Positions 40,521-53,002 are shown, counted from the first letter of the stretch. The stretch is 64,000 bases of DNA from Gnetum montanum (GCA_015680685.1 MNCI01001480.1:1-64000), one strand, 5' to 3'. Made by a program: numbers and translations. The notes: generated from the sequence alone by a model not told the origin.

Positions 40521-40919
40521 NNNNNNNNNNNNNNNNNNNNNNNNNNNNNNNNNNNNNNNNNNNNNNNNNNNNNNNNNNNNNNNNNNNNNNNNNNNNNNNN
40601 NNNNNNNNNNNNNNNNNNNNNNNNNNNNNNNNNNNNNNNNNNNNNNNNNNNNNNNNNNNNNNNNNNNNNNNNNNNNNNNNNNNNNNNNNNNNNNNNNNNN
40701 NNNNNNNNNNNNNNNNNNNNNNNNNNNNNNNNNNNNNNNNNNNNNNNNNNNNNNNNNNNNNNNNNNNNNNNNNNNNNNNNNNNNNNNNNNNNNNNNNNNN
40801 NNNNNNNNNNNNNNNNNNNNNNNNNNNNNNNNNNNNNNNNNNNNNNNNNNNNNNNNNNNNNNNNNNNNNNNNNNNNNNNNNNNNNNNNNNNNNNNNNNNN
40901 NNNNNNNNNNNNNNNNNNN
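40521..40919. other. Assembly gap within the copia integrase region
   Basis: N run. Confidence 1.
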
Positions 40920-42684
40920 AGATAGTTACTCTCCATTGTTACATTATTTACTTTTGATTCATTCTGGGGAACCAGATTGCTTTAATGAAGTAATGTAGGT
41001 GAAAAATCATGTTAAGTAGGAGTTGGCTATGAGAGATGAGATGAAGTCACTCTAGAAGAATATGACATAGACACTGACTAAGTTTCTAGAAGGAAAGAGG
41101 GCATTGTAGAATAAGGGGATGTATAGGATCGAGGAAGAACATGATGGTAGCAAAAGATACAAGGAAAGGTTAATAGTTATGGGTTTCCAATAGAAAAGAG
41201 GAATTGGATACATAGAGATTTTCTCTCTTGTAGTAAAGTTGACTACTATTAGATTAGTACTAAGTATTGTGGTTACTGGTGATTTGCATCTAGAGCAATT
41301 AGATGTCAAAAATTCTTTCTTACATGGTGACCCAAATTCTATTTTTTGGTTGCTATCATTCCTTTGTATTCCTTAGAAGTTGAAGGTTTAAAACTTGAAG
41401 GGTCTAAAGTTGAAGGGACACTATTTTCTCTTGTTGTTATTTGAAAGTTTGATGTATGCTATGATCTGTACTAGACCTGACATAGCACATGAAATAGAAG
41501 TTGTTAGTAGGTTCCTATATGATCTAGGAAGGGAGCATTGGTAAGTTGTAAAGTGGATCCTGAGATATCTAAAAGGAACTTTATGTATGACACTTTGTTT
41601 TAAAAGGAGTAGCATTACTCTATAGAGTTTTTCTGATGTAGATTTGGGAGGTGATTTGTACAATAGGAAGAGCACGACTAGTTATATTTTCATTATGGGT
41701 AGTACTGCTATGAGTTTGATGTCTTGACTTTAGAGGAGCATTGCTCTCTCAACCATAGAAGCAAAATATATGGCTATATCAAAAGCTAGAAAGGAGATGA
41801 TTTGGTTGAAGGATCTTCTAAGAGAGTTAGGTAAGACATAAGACAATAGTGAGCTTTTTAGTGATAGTTAAAGTTCCATACATTTGGCTAGAGATCTAGT
41901 TTTTCATTCTAGATTAAAACACATTTAGTTGAAATATCATCAGATCCATGAGTTGATAGATGATGGGACATTACTGCTGAGGATGATTCCTAGGTCAAAG
42001 ATCCTTGTAGATATGTTGACCAAGGTGTTCATCACTACTAAGCTAATGCTCTACATGACCTTAGCAGCCCTCTATGATTAGTGATGAGAAGGCACCATAC
42101 TAGATGTTGATGGTGGACATGGAAGAAGCAAGGTTGCAAGCAAAAGTTTTTTTTAGATCAATCTCCAAGTGGGAGATTGTTGGAGTCATGTGATGAATAA
42201 TTCAAATTCTATTTCTAGTTTTCTACCATTACATTGTACCATATTTTTAAGGGTTGACTGTTATAGAAGTTGAAGTGTTGATCATTACAGAAGTTGAAGG
42301 GTGCCCATTATAGAAGTTGAAGGGTCGATTGTTTCAATTATGGATGGTCTCTTTATTCATATTTATGTAAAATTCCAAAACTCTCTTGTAATTGTAATAT
42401 GAAAAATATATAATGAAACTCTAGTGCAACCATGAATGGATGGTGATCTTGCTAAACCATGAAAAATATGTTTGTTCTCTATGTGCTTGTTTTTCCTATT
42501 CTTGTTTTTTTTTTCACTTGATTCATTTCCTAACATGTAAAATATCCAATTGCATGTTATTCATCTTTTAAAGTAGGTTATCTTTAAAATAGGAAGTGAC
42601 TTGTGGTATAATTCACTTGGGTTATAGCATGTAGCTATGAGGTTTTCAGGGAGGAATTTTAACATTGATGCGAATAACTTGTAA

Positions 42685-42990
42685 TTTTAATGCTATTATA
42701 GCCCACTCTTTTTTCTTAATTAACTTCATTATGAAAACATTTTTAAGGATGTAAATATACCCAAGAGTCTTGATTCATGATGAAAATAAACTGAGGATAG
42801 CATCTGGATCATAAGACCTATTTATTTTTCCATTGCCATAATGTACATCAATGTCAATGACATCCACTTGTTTGTAACTAGAATTTATCGCTAATGAACA
42901 ATAAGGGCTTGGACAAGTAATTTTATATACTCTAGATAATAGAGTCATGTAGTTTTGAAAGTAGAGGAAGTCTCAAAAATTTCCATTTTT
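42685..42990 (-). pseudogene. Histone deacetylase fragment (HDA8-like), internally deleted
   Basis: EYIKLLVQA joined to AINSSYKQVDVIDIDVHYGNG (42866-42829), then MNQDSWVYLHP*K..NEV..RVGYN. This matches plant HDA8 VAVIDIDVHYGNGT..LHMNHGSWG.SHPQ.G..DE.G...G.GYN. Confidence 0.75.
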
Positions 42991-45900
42991 TTGTTAAAAT
43001 GTATAGCTTCTCTTAAATCACTAGAACCTTATAAAGCCTACTCAATTAAATGGCCAAAATGTGCCAACAAAAGCTAGTGTGATGAATACTAGTTTTTTTT
43101 TTTTACTTCATCTTAGTAGTGGTCTATTTAATGGTAATGATGATCATCATGATCATTGTGGTGATTGTGATGAGATCAAGGGTCATGTTATGAATTTTAA
43201 TGCCATTGTTAGTAAGAGGAAGACTAATAATGATAATTTGTTTGATGATGATGATTATTAGGATAGTCATTGTGAGAAGATCATTATTGATATGAGCGAA
43301 GACATTGATAGTGATATGATTTTTCAAAATTTTAAGATGCATGCTATTGATTATAGCAATAATTAATTTATGAAGTTTGTTGATGGATTTGACTATATTA
43401 GCTATAAAATGGTTGATCAGCATGAAGGCACTCTACATGGTGATGCTAATGATGAAAGGAATCTAAGTGGTAGACTTCCAAACACCAAGAATAAAATGAT
43501 GAAGAAAAGGAAAAAGAAGAAAAGAAAGGATGTTGGATTAATAAAGCCTAATCTTTTTTTTTCTCATTATTTATTTCTTGTAGTTTTGAATCATCATGGG
43601 AATGCAAGGGAAGCATTCCAAGAAGATGCTCAAATTAAGAAATCATGGTAGGGCATGAGGACAAGCCTTCATGAGAAAAGAAATCTCAAAACCAAAATCT
43701 CACATAATACTCATTCTCATGTTTGTAATGCATTGTGTCACGATTATTGTACTAAGTGTGATGACCTTGAGTCATGAGGACATGGTGCCTTCCAGCTTGT
43801 GAAAGATCATGAAACATGAAATTTTTAAGGATGGGAGAGTTAGTGTAGGGATACCTCTTCTGATCCTCTTGTTCTATCCTACATGTATGTTTTGTAGGTT
43901 TTGAACTTGAAGAAGACACCTTGAGAGGCTAGGATATGTCTTTGCTAGGACCTAGAGGTGATAGGAGACATCACCCAACCTTTGTGTAATCCTGAATGTA
44001 TCTTGGAGGAGTGTGTCCTATTAGTGCATGTGTATTTTTATGTTGACTTTGTTGATGATGCCTCATGGATGTTTTGGCATGTTTGGGGATGTTTTGGAAT
44101 CAATTTGATGAGTTTATAGGGTTTCATGATCTATGGGAACTTGTTTAGAGTTATCTAGAGGTTCCTACCCTCAAAACAAGCATTTTCATATTTAGCTCTA
44201 GTAGGTGAGATATCTCAACTACATCTAAGATGTCTTAGCTGCATTCAAGATGTCCTAGGTAAGACATCTCCTGCAAGACATCTTATATAATATGTCTTAG
44301 GCAAGACATATTGACATTGAAGGAGACATTTTGGAAAAATAGTAGGCATCTTTCCTTAAGAGTTGGGTTGACTCAAAGACATCTTGGAAAGGTCAAAGAT
44401 AACTTGAACGAGTAAGAAAAATTCTAAAAGTGGCTATTTTAATTTAGGAAATAGTAGAAGGAGATATGAAAGGATGAGAATTAGTGATAAGAGGTAAGAG
44501 AGGATGGAAAACAATGTAAGACCTTCAAGTAAAGCTTGGGGAAAATTTTCTAGGATTTTTCTTGTCTTATTTTTAATATAATTACGATATGTGTTTCATA
44601 TTAGTGTGTGAAAGAAAATACCAAGAGGTATGGGTAGAAAATATTTAGAAAAAGGATCAAGAGCATTAGAGAGCTCTTGAGGAAGGAGAGCTTGTGTATG
44701 AAAATTAAGTGAAAGACAAGGAAGTGCACTTGAGAGAGATTAAGGAAATCTTCTATAAGTGTCTTGTCTTGAGATTTGACTCCATGGTAACCAATTGATA
44801 ATTGAGAGGGGACAAGTGAGACCTCTAAGATCCTTGGGAGAGTTGTGATTTGAGCTTGGCTTCTCATATTTGATGTCCTATTTTCTCTATAATTTAAAGG
44901 TTTTCTTAATATAAAGAAGATTTCTCCATTTTATTATGTTGTGAGTTGTGAGTTGAGATTTCTATTTTCTATAATAAATCTCCTCATATCTTGGTTTACC
45001 TTGGTATTTTGTTCCTATTTCTAATGAATGTATTTGACCATTTGGCTCTTCTATTGTTTAGCATTTCATAGGTGATGATTCTCCAAGGTTAGCATAAGAT
45101 TTTTTTGCAAACCTATTGAAGGTCACAACTAGAAGAATTTATCAATGTTTCTGACATTGACACATCAATGATCACCATCTCTTTTTCATTCTTGGCATCT
45201 TGAAATTTTTTGTAAAGTTGCTAAAAAGCTTCACCTATTATGAGCTATGGCCTAAGAATGGATGGGTTAGATAAGTGGATTCTAAGTTCTAAAACCTTAG
45301 TTGCCAACCACCGGTTGCTAATTGTATCCTCCTTGAGATACACATTGGTAATGAGTAACTTACTCATTCTCTCTAGCAGCTATGACTAGGTAGCTAAAAT
45401 GTCTTCTAAGAGACTGAAGATCTTTGGAATCAATTGCCTAGCTTCAACCAATTTCTCTAACACTTCTTTGTGCTATGCTACGCTCATCCCCTTACTCCCT
45501 ACTTTTTTTGATACTTGAACATCTACCATGGAAACAACATTAAGAATAAATACTATAGGAGCACTTAGAGCTTCTCCAATTCTATCTACTATCATCTTTG
45601 CTATAGTGTGTTGGTCTTTGTGTGTCATGAATAGGATTTTTGTTCTTTCTCCCTCTAGCATAATAGAAAAGGCTGCTACATTACCAAATATTTTAGGAAA
45701 TGCTTGTTCTAGAATGCACACAGTGACTTCTTTGACATTAGTATTGGAGTGAATAGGAGCTTGGTATCTTCATGAGGAGAATAGTAGGGCCATTTCATCC
45801 ACTGACCAGCCAATGATTTTTGCAAGCTCACTTAGGTCACTCATAACTGAATGGTACATAGAAGGTTCAGCATCACCTTAGAAGGCTTGTTATTATAGTT

Positions 45901-47328
45901 GTTATTACCTAATATTCCTTAGGCACTTAGTAGCTACGATCATTTTTTTGTGTTACCTTTGGTGCTGCAAGTGGTGGTGTGGGTGGAAACTCTTCGTTTT
46001 GAAGCTTAACAAGTGCTTTTTCCTTTATCATCTACTACCATGGTGTAGTAGGAGCCTTGCAGATCACATCATTCATATAACATGATATACCTCATCTTTA
46101 GAATATTTTTTGATAAGGTAGAAAAAAGAGAATATCTTCCTACCCTTCTTATTTTTCTTAAATCATTTCTCGATATATAGAATGATGAACTGGGAAAGGT
46201 TAACCTAGAACTTTTTACTAAGAGCCTTCAAGGAGAAGGTAGTTACCTTGCTTGGTCTCATCATGGAATTGAGATGATAGGCCATGATCTTGAGGTAAGA
46301 TTTCTCTACCTTGGTTAGGGCATTGTAATCATAATGGTTCACTCCAAAGCATTACTAAACCTATTCTTTCTTTGCCTTAGGATCTACTTGTGTTGAAATC
46401 TTTTCTAGCTTTTCTCTAGAGGTTGAAAACTCAAGGACCTCCATGATAGCTTCAATTAAGTAGAATATGATGATATCTTTGATCTTGATTCATGTACCAT
46501 GATCCACCAGTGGAGAGAATGAACCATAGCAGAGATCCTTGTATTTAAGTTTTGATCTCCTCTAGTGCTAACTCTAGGAAAGATCCAAAGTTTAGCTCCT
46601 GAGGAATTAAGTTCTAAACTTCTTTATTTTATATATTCTCTAGGTAGGATTATATAAGCATGACCTCTAGATTGGGTTGTGGTCTTGGGACCTCATCTTG
46701 CTTGGATTGTTCTATTCCAGGAGTGAAAATCTGACAAATAGATTCCACCTTAGTTTCCTCATGGAAGGGCTTGGTAGCATGAGTTCCCTCGGTAGCTTGC
46801 TCTTTATGTTGTTATTATTATTTCCTTCCTCCATGAGGTCATTTATTTTGGGGCTACGATGACCATACTACCTATAATCCTATTTTTGGCATTAGCTGTG
46901 ATTACAAATATAACCCTAGATCAATTATTTGAGTATAATCTCCATATATAGAAAAACCTTTTAGTTGTTCAATAGGGTTAAGTTTTTATTTAGTGATTTC
47001 ATGCTTATGAAAATATTTTATTATTATGTTATTCCTACTTCAATGGGGGTTAATTATTGGTATTAATTCTTTAGATTATTTTTAATATTATTTTAATATC
47101 TTATTTGTGAGGTCTTAGAAAAAATTTAAAAAAATTTTATGTCAAAATATAGTGTTTGATATTCCCATGATTTAAAGCATGCTTTAGAAGCTTGAGGATT
47201 GAAGAATAGGTGAAAATTAATAAGTGATGAGAAAGTTAATGGCTCTTGGAAGGCTCTAAGTTCTAAAAATTATGAAAAATGCCCTTGTGTTTCAAGAAAA
47301 ATGTAAACAATCAGCTAAGTACTATGTG

Positions 47329-47406
47329 TATTTATAGTATTTTTGCACTATGTCGATGGAGATGCATTGACATATTTGACTATGTTGATGGAGATGCATC
47401 AATGCA
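47329..47406 (-). promoter_or_regulatory. Putative internal promoter of D (TATAAATA plus ATCGAT-type repeats)
   Basis: ATGTCGATGGAGATGCATTGAC / ATGTTGATGGAGATGCATCAAT adjacent to the TATA; similar CATCGATG repeats occur in the D LTR at 32645-32708. Confidence 0.5.
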
Positions 47407-48499
47407 ATCATTTATAACATTTTTTAACTTTGAAGTATAATGAATTGTAAAATACTTTGAGATTGAAACAAGAGCTAAATGAAAGTAAAAAATTTGGGAA
47501 GATAAGATAATAAAATCTTAGGAGGCTTTCGTTCAAGAATTGAAGTAAATTGAGCAAATGAAGTAAGAAAAAAGGAGATGTTTTGTAAGCTAAATTAGCA
47601 AAAAAAAAACTTGGACAATGTTTTTATCAAGTGTTTTTTGACCAAATTGATGCCTATGATTATGGGGCTTAAACTAAAGGGAACCAAAAGATATGCAAGT
47701 GGGTCTTCCCAAAGTAGGCTTATGGCTAAAAATTCCCTTGTAGAATCTCATCACAAGGAGTTCATAGGTACTATAAATGATGAATAATTACATAGGTTAA
47801 AAATCATACCCACATAAAGAATTGTCTTAGGATCATGTAATCTACAAAATGAAACTAATAGTTGACCATAGTATGGAATAGTGAGATGAGAAAATGAAGA
47901 GCTAGAATGGTAGAGAGAGATCAAGATAGAAGAATTTGAATCATAACCACAAGAGATCCTTTTGTGAAAGTGTGATAGGATTATCTTGATAATAGTTTAT
48001 TCTAAGTCTATACCAAGTTCATACCATTTTCAATGGTGTCACATTGATGTGTTCCTCCTATTCTATCATCACGTGTCAACAAAAACCATAAAGAATGATC
48101 ATCACTCCAAGAAAGAAGAAAAGAGAAGAAGGGAGTATTATAAGATTATTTAGAAAGAAATTTAGGCCTTAGTTAGATGGGTGTTTTTAGTCATGGATAA
48201 CATATCTTTGTAGCCCCATAACTAGTTCTTGTATCCCAAGAGATCTTCATATGTGTGTTTTTATTATTATTATTCTTATTGTAATTTTTTTGGTTTCTTT
48301 TTTAAACTTAGAATCACAAATTACAAAGACATACATCCTTTTATGATTTACAAGATGAACAATGATATGTTTCATGAGGAGCTAGTATAGGTATGGCATC
48401 TCAATATACCCTAATAGGATTAATTCCACAACTTCCATGAAAATCTAGCTTAGAAAACAAAAATAACATAATGTAATAGATAAATATTTTCTTTTATTA

Positions 48500-49608
48500 A
48501 GAAAATTCTCAAAATACATAAAAAATACATCAATATGAGGATCGAAGATCAACTAATAACTATCCTAAGAATCTTAGAGGCCATACTTGTAGCCTCTCAA
48601 TCCTCAATAGTTCACAATGGAGCTTAAGCTCAAGACAAGACACTTATAAGAGATTTCCTCAACCTCTTTCAAGTGCTCTCCCTTACCTCTCATTCAATTT
48701 TCTTGCACAAGATTTCCTTCCTTAACTCTCATGAGCTTTCTCTCCTACTCATGGCTAGGGTTATGCTCTTAAATGTTTGACATTTGGCACTTTGACATCA
48801 ACAATGATGAATTACATTAATATTTATAATAAATTGGAAGATAATAATCCTAGAAATATTTCCTCAACTCAACTTGAGGTTCTTTAGATGTTTTCTAAGT
48901 CTTCTCACCTTCTTCCTAGTTGTTTCCATCTTTCTTTTGCTATTTCTCAAATTAGGATAAGCATTTTTGGAAGTTTCCCCATCTTTCTAGGTTGTTTCTA
49001 ACTTTGCTGGGATGCACCTTATGAAAATCTAGCTCTTGGTTGGAACATCTACTATCTTTCTGTGATGTCCCATTTGATCCTAGGACATGCCAAATTTGAG
49101 TGGAACATCTTAGCTAGGATGTTCCAATTTATAGTGGGACATCCCACCTATAGGGACCAAATACAAAAATGCTTATTTTGATGTCTAAAACTTCTAGATA
49201 TCTTTGAACAAGTCATCATAGACTATGGATTCCCCTAAACTCATCAAAATGAGTGCAAAATACCACAAAACATGCCAAAACATCCATGAATCATCATCAA
49301 CAAAATCAACACAAGAAGACACACATTAGCAAGACACACTTGTCCACATCTTCTTCAAGCCTGAAACCTACAAAACATTCATGTAGGGTAGACCAAGGGA
49401 ATTGGAAGATGTGTTTCTACACTAGCTCTCCCACCCTTAAAAATGTCATGCTTCATGACTTTTCACAAGCTGGAAGGCACCATGCCTCCATGTCTCAAGG
49501 CCATCACAACAATCATGACTCAATGCATAACAACCATGAGAATAAGTATCATATGAGGTTTTGGTTTTGAACTTTCCTTGCTCATGGGGGCTTATTTTCA
49601 TGCCACTA
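48500..49608 (-). mobile_element. Inverted G-family fragment: 3' UTR, PPT and LTR (LTR start 49421)
   Basis: Reverse complement aligns with 43648-44900, including PPT TTAAGGGTGGGAGAGCTAG followed by TGTAG. Confidence 0.8.
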
Positions 49609-49699
49609 TCATTTTAGTACATGCTCAAGGTAGTCTAGTGCTTATAATTCAAGTTGGATTGATTCTACCATTAGCAACTTCCTGGTCATGATATTGACT

Positions 49700-51291
49700 T
49701 TTACTTAATACTAAAAGATGACTTGCAAAAAATGATAGCTAATGAGTATGTCCTAGACATTTCTAATCTAGTTAGGTCTTAGAACCAAAATATGCAGGTG
49801 TACAAAGACCCTTTGAATGCTAACAAAGACCAATATACAATAGACATATTTTTTGTATGTGATAAGCCCAAGCTCCCTAAGGGATTGCTCATGATTCGAG
49901 TACCTCCTCATCATGAGTAGACTTCTAGTTCTAGAAGTCCATTTGTTATAAGAATACCACCACCACCAACTCCTAAAGAACATTTCATCATTAGAGTATG
50001 ATCATCCCCTACTAACCAACCTATAGTTCCAACCAATAGACATTTCCCTGTAGTAGCCAATAATTCAACTTCATCACAACCAAATAACAAGTCATCTTAG
50101 AAATAGCATAATAAATCAAATGCCAAGCCCAAAGCAAACAACACTAACCAACCAAAGATATGGAAGGAAGTAGGCCCAGCAAAGCCCACTCAATCTTAGC
50201 CATACCCATGAAATTCAATGCACAAACTTCATTTATTAGTTGGCCTAGGGAAGATAGGCAAGAAAAAGAAAAGGGGACAAACAACAACCATTAAAACATG
50301 AGGTCAAGATCCTAGGTAGAATAGAGGAAGTTTAGGCTAACAAGATTGAGAAAACATTGGGTAATGATAAAGGCTTCCTCACTACCGTGGAGCAAGTTAA
50401 GCTCTCATTAAAATAGAAAAACACCTTGTTACGTTTGCATGACTTGGTCATGACCTCCCTTACCCACAATCAAGCATTACTCAAGATGATAACTTCCATT
50501 TTGGTGAGTGAGGATATCCATACTAACAAAAAATTGATCCATGCAGTAATAGTACCATCCTCCTCCCAAAAAGAAAAGGTATCAATTTTTTTGAAATTTT
50601 GTGATAGTGAGGTAAAATCCAACCCTCAAAATGATGAAGTTTCTAAGGGCCCTCTCTTTATAATAATTAGAGTTGGTTGATATAGAGTTCATAGAGTACA
50701 CATGGATGAAGGTGTGCTACAAATGTTATATCCTTCCCTATCATTGAGCATTTAGGTTTGGTTGAACACATTCAAACTACCTTCACCCATGCACTCAAAT
50801 CATTGAATGGATCACAAGTAGTAGTTACGGGTTTAATCATGTTGGATTTTGTGACTAGAGAAAAATTCCCTACAACTGCCTATTTTTTGATCATAGGGGA
50901 GACATCAAGCTTCACCCTAATTTTAGAAAGGCCTTGGTTGGTTAAATTACAAGTGGTCTCCTCTTCAATCTAAGAGATCCATCTACCTTATGAGGGGGGC
51001 AAAATCATCATTCATGAGGACAATGCAATTACTTTATCTATTAATAACATTGGCATAGAGCAAGAATCAGAAGTGGAGTTTCAAGAGGAAACTCCTATGA
51101 TCATACCCAAAGTAGAAAGTATAAACATGACTAGTCAAGCCAATACCGCTAGCACTGGGACCACCAATCAAATGTGGGAGGAACTCCCATTCAATGTAGT
51201 GAGCCAAGGGAATGGAGAATATAAGATCATGCAACAAAAATCATATAAGTTCCCTAATATTTTAAAGATTAGGAAGCAATTGCATAATTAA
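49700..51291 (+). pseudogene. Element H: Tat/Ogre-like gag C-terminus plus aspartic protease remnant; no RT follows
   Basis: GPLFIIIRVG*YRVHRVHMDEG..TNVI..LKSLNGSQVVVTGLIML..FLII..FTLILERPWLVKLQVVSSSI (Tat-type PR pattern), then a stop and AT-rich non-coding DNA. Confidence 0.7.
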
Positions 51292-53002
51292 ATGTTTACT
51301 CATTCCCTTGTCCAGTTTAGTCAATAGCCTTTTTTTAGCTCCATTTACTCATCTACATTATTAGCTTATGTTTTTCATCTTATTACATGATGTTTATTTA
51401 TTTTTCATATTACATTATTTTATATTCTCATGTTGATTTTTACAATTTATGTTTTTCTTTTGTGTTTATGTAAAAATTACAAAATAAAAAAATAGAAAAC
51501 ATAAAATCCCATAAAAAATTATAAAACATAAAAAAGCCAAAAATATTTTCAATCAAAACTAGCGTGGTAGCCATAGCCACACAGTGTGGTAGTAATGAAA
51601 AAAAATAAACATCCCATAATCATAGTTACATAGTGTAATAACTAACAATGAAAATAGTTCATAGCCTCAAAACCTATGGCAAAATCTACTAAGAAACCAT
51701 GTTACTATAGCCAAAACAACAAAAACATAACATGTGTAACAATATGTAAAGCTAGGTTAGAGGAGGAGGTGGAGGAACATCATGTACACCATTTCCATTG
51801 CCATGACCATTGCTTAGGGCCTATAAATAAGAAATTTGTACCAACAATTAGTAAGTAGGATATCAATAAAATACAATCATGAAACAACAAAACATATGAA
51901 CCAAAAAAAACTATAATATGGAAAATGTAGAACATGTTCATCCAAACATCAAGAGATTCTAGAGAAATATCCTCATGAGTAAAGTTTTGTAGACTAGTGA
52001 TGAGTGGCGAGGTACCCCTACACTCAACCATACAAATACGAGCATTTTCACATGCAATCTGGTCAAACTCCGTAGACAGACTAGTTTTGGCACCTAGACA
52101 GTTATCCTTAGATCGTATTTTGCTATCTTCCCACTTGAAATAGTATTATCTTTGTCATGTATGGTTTAGTCTATCGTGAGGTGTATGATGTGGTCCTAAT
52201 CTAATGCTACTCCTGAAGGCAATGGAAAGTAAGATTAACTAAACTAGGAGGAAAGGGTAAGAGAGCCTAAACTAGCCTTAGTGCGATGAGCATCTGTTCC
52301 TTAATCATCCATACATGTCTTGGAACTCATGCTCAACTACCACTAGGATTACCAAGCGCATGGCCTAGGTACGCTACTAGGCTACCAAGTAGTCATACTT
52401 AAATGCTCGTGATTAAGTCGTACTCATTCTGCGTTACTAAGAGATAAGGGTAAGAGAGATTAACTAAGAAAGTAGTAAATAACAATTAAACAAATAAATA
52501 ATTAAACTAAGTGAATGCTGCAATGATTAAGTAATCTTGATCTTTATTTCTAGTCATGTGCATGTCCAAGTACGTCACACTCAAATAAAGGATGTCGTAC
52601 AATTACAATCACCACACTGCGGGCAAACACTAGGAAATTATTCTATCTGTGGAAGGGAAAAATTGCGAGAGCTTCACTAAGAGACCAAAACTAGATGTGA
52701 AAAAAGGGAGAGCCACCTCTTATTTATAGAATTGGTGATAGGCTACAATATCACGTACGCGATATTGCGACTTAGCTGCAATATCATGTATGTGATATTG
52801 CAACCGCGATATTGCGGTTGCCCAAAATGCAACTCATCATACCCCCATGACTGAATGAAAACTCGTCGTCGAGCTACAGTTATTACATAGTGGATAGGTA
52901 TGAGATTATTGGATGGTGAAAATGGGACTATGCCGTAGTGTGAAATGAAAACAAAATAAAGATACAACACAAATTTTCTACATCTACAAAAATGGATGGA
53001 AC

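Larger units (their letters stand above)
38519..42535 (+). mobile_element. Ty1/copia LTR retrotransposon, Tork/Tnt1-like, degenerate
   Basis: LTRs 38519-38867 and 42178-42535 (TG..CA), PBS remnant TGTTATTAGAGC, PPT AAGTGGGAGAT. gag from 38910 (IEDYLY*KKLHKPLLGKKP), PR WILVSAALFH, GAG-pre-integrase [30 protein letters not shown], RNase H to ~42080. TSD CATAA/TGTAA. Confidence 0.95.
37400..42580 (-). pseudogene. GAD: Glutamate decarboxylase pseudogene, intronless, 5'-truncated, split by the copia at 38519-42535
   Basis: HAIGYFT|[115 protein letters not shown]. The PLP lysine motif SGHK reads TNHE. Stops and frameshifts present. Confidence 0.95.
33366..44975 (+). mobile_element. Element G: F-related gag-remnant LTR element inserted in D's ORF2, carrying gene-fragment cargo and a copia
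   Basis: 5' LTR 33366-~34452 (TGTAGGGA..), PBS TGGTATTGAAG ~34456. gag remnant 34585-35560 is homologous to 5000-4200 of F. PPT TTAAGGATGGGAGAGTTAG 43825-43843 and 3' LTR from 43844 (right end deleted). D ORF2 flanks both sides. Confidence 0.72.
32532..48480 (-). mobile_element. Element D: older Athila-like relative of B/C (3' LTR end, PPT, ORF2, internal region; gag and 5' LTR absent), interrupted by G
   Basis: LTR end at 32734 plus TACCCCCA PPT complement. ORF2 C-terminus 33365-32980 (PWQ..IIYDPQSKEEKMNALL vs C: PWE..IAQDPQTKEDKLQAIL). ORF2 body 46866-44975 (KIFGNVAAFSIMLEGE..IAKMIVDRIGEALSAPIV vs B: IFGNATFFQITLEIGE..IAKVITNHIKESFNVPIV). Shared non-coding motifs at ~47160, ~47700, ~48010. 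Confidence 0.75.

Noticed and set aside
35730-43650. Helitron or Pack-MULE call for the cargo carrier
   Set aside because: No 3' hairpin plus CTRR, TIRs or TSD could be identified. Left open, not claimed.
44990-44994. CTTGG as right TSD of G matching TTTGG (33361-33365)
   Set aside because: It is not preceded by an LTR CA end and lies within D ORF2 sequence beyond a deletion; coincidental.
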